NCBI GenBank assembly: GCA_964648855.1
Contig: CAZYLT010000004.1
Coordinates: 132,489 to 152,488 of the forward strand
Reading direction: 5' to 3'
Source of the DNA: an uncultured archaeon
GTDB taxonomy: Archaea; Asgardarchaeota; Thorarchaeia; Thorarchaeales; Thorarchaeaceae
DNA: 20,000 nt
The notes under the pieces are model-generated. The model saw nothing but the letters and a program-made list of their open reading frames with translations. It was not told the origin of the DNA and made no database searches. Positions 16,321 to 20,000 of the stretch are shown piece by piece. The translations under genes were made by a program, and so were the position numbers. The stretch's first letter is position 1; each line of letters starts with the position of its first letter.

Positions 16321-17406
16321 GTGAAAGTCCGCCGTTATCTGAAGGATGGAAAAGTCAAGATCAAGCTGGAGTCTCTTGATGACCTTTGGCACTTGTACAA
16401 TGTCATCTCTCCCAATGACATAGTCATCTCCAGAACAAGTCGGAGAGTACGTATTGGAAATGATGATGCTAGGAAACAAGAGAGTATCCGGAAGACCATG
16501 GTTTTGAAAATACAGGTCGAAGATGTTGCTTTTCACTCATTCTCCAATCGCGTCCGCATCAAAGGCACTATCCTGGAAGGTCCGGAGGACCTAGTTAGCA
16601 TTGGATCCTATCATACATTCAATATGGAGGTTGGAAACAGTCTCACCATAATAAAGGAACATTGGCCTAAGTTTGCATTGAAACGCCTAAAGGAGGCAGA
16701 AAATGCGAAAGTAAGTCCTCTTGCATTGATTATAACCATTGAAGACGGCTCTGCAGAGATTTTCCTCGCTGCAGACTTCGGGATAAGAGAAGCCGTTAGC
16801 ATCACTACCAGCATATCCCGAAAGAGAGGTAGTCAAAAGGCCCATGATGCCACCATGAGGGAGTTTTATGGCGATGTTACCATGGCTGTTCGTTCGCAGC
16901 TTGAGCAAAATAAGCCCAATATAGTTGTAATTGCAGGACCTGGGTTTGTGAAAGATCATTTCAATGACTATCTTCAAGACTCTGGCATTCCAAATCTTCC
17001 TCCGATTATGGTGGAGAGCACAAATACGACGGGCATTCCCGGAGCAAAAGAGATTCTGTATCGTGGAGTCATCTCCAAAGCTGTTCAGGGAATAAAACTA
17101 GAAAAAGAAACACAACTCATAGAAGAAATCTTGGAAAATGTGGGTAAGGGCAATGGACTTGGAGTCTATGGCCCGGATGATGTTCAACGCGCTGTACAAT
17201 ATGGCGCTGTAGAAGAATTACTGATCACCGACAAGAAATTGCGTGAAGGAACCGAGAAAGAACGCCGGCGAATGGATCAGCTGATTCGGGATACAGAGAA
17301 AACTCGTGGAAACTTCCACATTGTATCAACCGAACACCCGGCTGGAGATCAGCTTGAAAATCTTGGCGGAATTGCTGCTCTTCTCCGCTTCCCCATCGGT
17401 GTCTAA
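16321..17406 (+). CDS. pelA: mRNA surveillance protein Pelota (Dom34)
   Basis: GTG start; VKIKLESLDDLWHLYNVISPNDIV, VEVGN-like MEVGNSLTI, AGPGFVKDHF, GIPGAKEILYRG, ENVGKGNGLGVYGPDDVQRAVQYGAVEELLITDKKLR, EHPAGDQLENLGGIAALLRFPI. Confidence 0.95.
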   Translation: MKVRRYLKDGKVKIKLESLDDLWHLYNVISPNDIVISRTSRRVRIGNDDARKQESIRKTMVLKIQVEDVAFHSFSNRVRIKGTILEGPEDLVSIGSYHTFNMEVGNSLTIIKEHWPKFALKRLKEAENAKVSPLALIITIEDGSAEIFLAADFGIREAVSITTSISRKRGSQKAHDATMREFYGDVTMAVRSQLEQNKPNIVVIAGPGFVKDHFNDYLQDSGIPNLPPIMVESTNTTGIPGAKEILYRGVISKAVQGIKLEKETQLIEEILENVGKGNGLGVYGPDDVQRAVQYGAVEELLITDKKLREGTEKERRRMDQLIRDTEKTRGNFHIVSTEHPAGDQLENLGGIAALLRFPIGV

Positions 17407-18518
17407 ATCGGTTCAAAAAGAACCTGTAACCGATCCCAAGAGGGATATTCGTGCGCTATTCCCATTTCAACAGGAAATGCACCAGATAACTCCTCTTTCA
17501 GCTCAGGTGCAACGGTTTCTAGAATCCAAGGAGCAATCTCTATCCTCCTTCGGTGCTCATCAAGATTGACTAAATCTGCAGGCACATCGAATTCTTCTCG
17601 CACTATCTTTGATATTCTACGTAAATCGTCAATTTTCATGCATTCGCCATGTCCGCCTCTGATGACCCCTAGAACCAAGATTGGTTCGTCCTCTTGTTTC
17701 TCTTCTAGGGCACGAATTGTCCTTTCAAGTCTTCTTTCAAGTCGTTTTCTGAGTTGGACATTATCCTTGAATTTAGCAGAACAAAAATGCAACGAAGTGT
17801 AATCCAATTTTCTGCTTCCCCATTCTATTACCGAGATGGCAGTTTCTCTACTACCAGCTATGCTCGAACTGCTCAAATTCGTCAATCGCATTCCCATGGC
17901 TATCAATTTTTGAAAATTGGTTTCACTAGCCTCCAGTTCATTAATGTTGAAGAAGTCAATTTTCAAATCATCTGCTCTCTTTGCTATGTTGATCAGATTC
18001 TTTTCTTCTCCAGGAATAACCGGTAGCTCCAACCCTGTCACCATGTCCAACGAGAGCGCATTTTCGATGCCAGACCAGTCATCGTCTTGAGGATGAAATC
18101 TGATTTCATCGAGCCCTGCAGATTGCAGTTGCCTTAATGTATCAATATCCACGCCATTCTGACTGGTATAGAGGTGAACATGAAACTCCTCCCCAAATTT
18201 CTCTTTTAGAAAAGAGATGTACGTGAGCGTGCGGTCAAGTCTGCACAGAGGATCCCCTCCACTAACCCCAACACCATGCGCCCCGATTGCATTTGCCTCT
18301 TGGAAAATATCAAGTACTGTTTCCACAGGCATTTCATCAGCAAACACAACATCTCTTCCCGTCTTCTCCTGCGATAGTGGGCAGTAGTAACAAGAACTAT
18401 CACAAAGTCCCGTGACAAACAAGACCATTTTGGTTCCATTTGAACAGAGCTTACACCCCTGAGGCAAATCTCCAACTAGTAACGATTCGCCCTGTAACTT
18501 TCGAATAGTTCTCCTCAT
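17403..18518 (-). CDS. Radical SAM domain protein (archaeal, COG2108-like)
   Basis: LCDSSCYYCPLSQEK (CxxxCxxC), GVGVSGGDPLCRLDRTLTYISFLKEKFG, VHLYTSQNG. N-terminal CKLCSNGTKMVLFVTGLC. Confidence 0.88.
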   Translation of the reverse strand: MRRTIRKLQGESLLVGDLPQGCKLCSNGTKMVLFVTGLCDSSCYYCPLSQEKTGRDVVFADEMPVETVLDIFQEANAIGAHGVGVSGGDPLCRLDRTLTYISFLKEKFGEEFHVHLYTSQNGVDIDTLRQLQSAGLDEIRFHPQDDDWSGIENALSLDMVTGLELPVIPGEEKNLINIAKRADDLKIDFFNINELEASETNFQKLIAMGMRLTNLSSSSIAGSRETAISVIEWGSRKLDYTSLHFCSAKFKDNVQLRKRLERRLERTIRALEEKQEDEPILVLGVIRGGHGECMKIDDLRRISKIVREEFDVPADLVNLDEHRRRIEIAPWILETVAPELKEELSGAFPVEMGIAHEYPSWDRLQVLFEPI

Positions 18519-18524
18519 TTTTGA

Positions 18525-19223
18525 TCATACTCTTCTTTTCATAGTTCGGCGAATAGCTGGGTCTCTGTCTATGAGCCTTTTTGCTAATTCCTCAAAAGTC
18601 TGATTCTCAGCAACTACCTTGGACAAATATACACCAGTCCTTCCTACTTGATCCCTACGAGTCAAAACTCTGACGCGTTCTCTTGCCACTGATGGACTAA
18701 CTCCCAGCTTTTTGGCTACAAGATTTTCGTATCCGATGACACCACTCTCAATGTGTCCTTTCTCTGTGGGTTGAATGAGAATCAACCTCTTATCAACGCC
18801 TGCAACCCTCCTTTTCTTCACTATTTTTTCCTCGTCAACTTGTCCTCCCCACTTATAGAACTCAATCTCTCTGCTCATCATCTTGAAGAGAGGGAAACTG
18901 ACGACAGTCTTTCGGTCCAAATGAATATGGGCCTTTAGAACTGAGGATGGTGTTGCCTGAACAATTTCTCTAAGTATGCCTTTTCCGAGGACCATCTCTA
19001 TTTTGTAACTAGGGGCAACATAGGGAATTATGATGTCAATATCCGATGAATCAGTAACATCTCCTCTTGCTAATGATCCATATACCCAGCCACGAATGTT
19101 TACACTCTTCAGTTTTTCAAGCACTTGGAGAGCTCTCTCTCTAAGGCGAGCCAATAATTTCCATTGCTCCTTACTATATACTACAGTTCTTTCCTCATGA
19201 AGCTCTTCAGGTTTCTCTGTCAA
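18525..19223 (-). CDS. Nucleotidyltransferase-domain protein
   Basis: Pol-beta-type nucleotidyltransferase motif VYGSLARGDVTDSSDIDIII with a C-terminal region VAKKLGVSPSVARERVRVLTRRDQVGRTG. Confidence 0.8.
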   Translation of the reverse strand: MTEKPEELHEERTVVYSKEQWKLLARLRERALQVLEKLKSVNIRGWVYGSLARGDVTDSSDIDIIIPYVAPSYKIEMVLGKGILREIVQATPSSVLKAHIHLDRKTVVSFPLFKMMSREIEFYKWGGQVDEEKIVKKRRVAGVDKRLILIQPTEKGHIESGVIGYENLVAKKLGVSPSVARERVRVLTRRDQVGRTGVYLSKVVAENQTFEELAKRLIDRDPAIRRTMKRRV

Positions 19224-19236
19224 TTATCGTGACCTC

Positions 19237-20000
19237 TCACTTACCACGAATTTCTTTGAGCATCTGGCATGCTTTGCAGAGACCCGATGGTGTGGGCTCT
19301 CCGCATTCGATGCATTCAGAAAACTCAATTCCATCGGAATTTTGGGCAACCATATCTGCAATAGTTTCACCAGACCGAAGTACGGCAAGAAGTGTGCCAG
19401 GCCGCTCGTATTCCATTTCGTTAAGAAAATTCCGCACGTCATTCCGGTAAGCCTCACCCGCATATGGACATGGAACATCATGATAGGGCAGCATTAAATG
19501 ATACGAGTATACCACGATATCTCTCTCTGAAATCTCTGTTAATGGTTTAACCCTTGGAACAAAGCCATCTATCGTATCTTCTCTTCTTCGTGATGTTCGT
19601 GCAATACGAATGCTCTCTCCACGTAATATATTCATTAGAATTGTTTGGGACTCATCATCTAGATTATGCCCTGTGGCAATAACATCTGCATTGAGGTCTT
19701 TTGCTGCCATATTGAGTGCATTTCTTCTGAGAACACCACAGTATGAACAAGCACCCAGAGCGTCATCAGTCCGCGATTCAATTATTTCATCCAGCGTACT
19801 ACCGAATAACTTCTTGAATGAATAAACCTCAAGATTGAGATTCAATGAAGAAGAGAGTTTCCTTGCTGCCTGTAATGCCTTGTCCCTATACCCAGAGATT
19901 CCTTCATCAATGGTAACAGGCATTAATTCTGCATTAGGATATCTCCTCTCTATCCTATGTAAAACATCAAGCAGTACTGCGCTATCCTTCCCACCAGAAA
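19237..20000 (-). CDS. TtuA/Ncs6-family tRNA 2-thiolation protein (5' end beyond the window)
   Basis: The frame continues upstream of the listed ATG (19923) to the window edge, reading SGGKDSAVLLDVLHRIERRYPNAELMPVTIDEG (PP-loop ATPase motif). Then GACSYCGVLRRNALN, ATGHNLDDESQTILMNILRG, and C-terminal zinc site CIECGEPTPSGLCKAC. Confidence 0.93.
   Translation of the reverse strand, partial: SGGKDSAVLLDVLHRIERRYPNAELMPVTIDEGISGYRDKALQAARKLSSSLNLNLEVYSFKKLFGSTLDEIIESRTDDALGACSYCGVLRRNALNMAAKDLNADVIATGHNLDDESQTILMNILRGESIRIARTSRRREDTIDGFVPRVKPLTEISERDIVVYSYHLMLPYHDVPCPYAGEAYRNDVRNFLNEMEYERPGTLLAVLRSGETIADMVAQNSDGIEFSECIECGEPTPSGLCKACQMLKEIRGK

Noticed and set aside
1-20000. CRISPR arrays, transposases, integrases, toxin-antitoxin or prophage modules
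   Set aside because: None were seen. There are no regularly spaced repeats and no recognisable mobile-element proteins.

Overview
Archaeal chromosomal housekeeping segment, possibly Asgard-like, although lineage cannot be proven from this window. Reading left to right it carries: a small ribosomal protein S30e gene missed by the ORF track; pyrK and pyrD; the C/D-box RNP pair Nop5 and fibrillarin; the remains of a UPF0216/DUF61-like gene whose reading frame is intact except for two in-frame stops; an HTH regulator; RNase HII; a structured intergenic region; a secreted or membrane protein; a stand-alone 5S rRNA missed by the ORF track; a DUF1512-like membrane protein; a membrane protein with a zinc ribbon; two tandem methionine aminopeptidase paralogs; an UPF0173-like metal-dependent hydrolase; archaeal DnaG; an OsmC-family protein; a LonB-like AAA+ ATPase with a zinc ribbon and no protease domain; Pelota; a radical SAM protein; a nucleotidyltransferase; and the 3' part of a TtuA/Ncs6-type tRNA thiolase. 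I found no CRISPR array, transposon or prophage. No obviously new multi-gene system is visible. The best leads are the two-stop UPF0216-like gene, the duplicated map genes, the protease-less LonB-like ATPase, and two intergenic regions that may encode structured RNAs.
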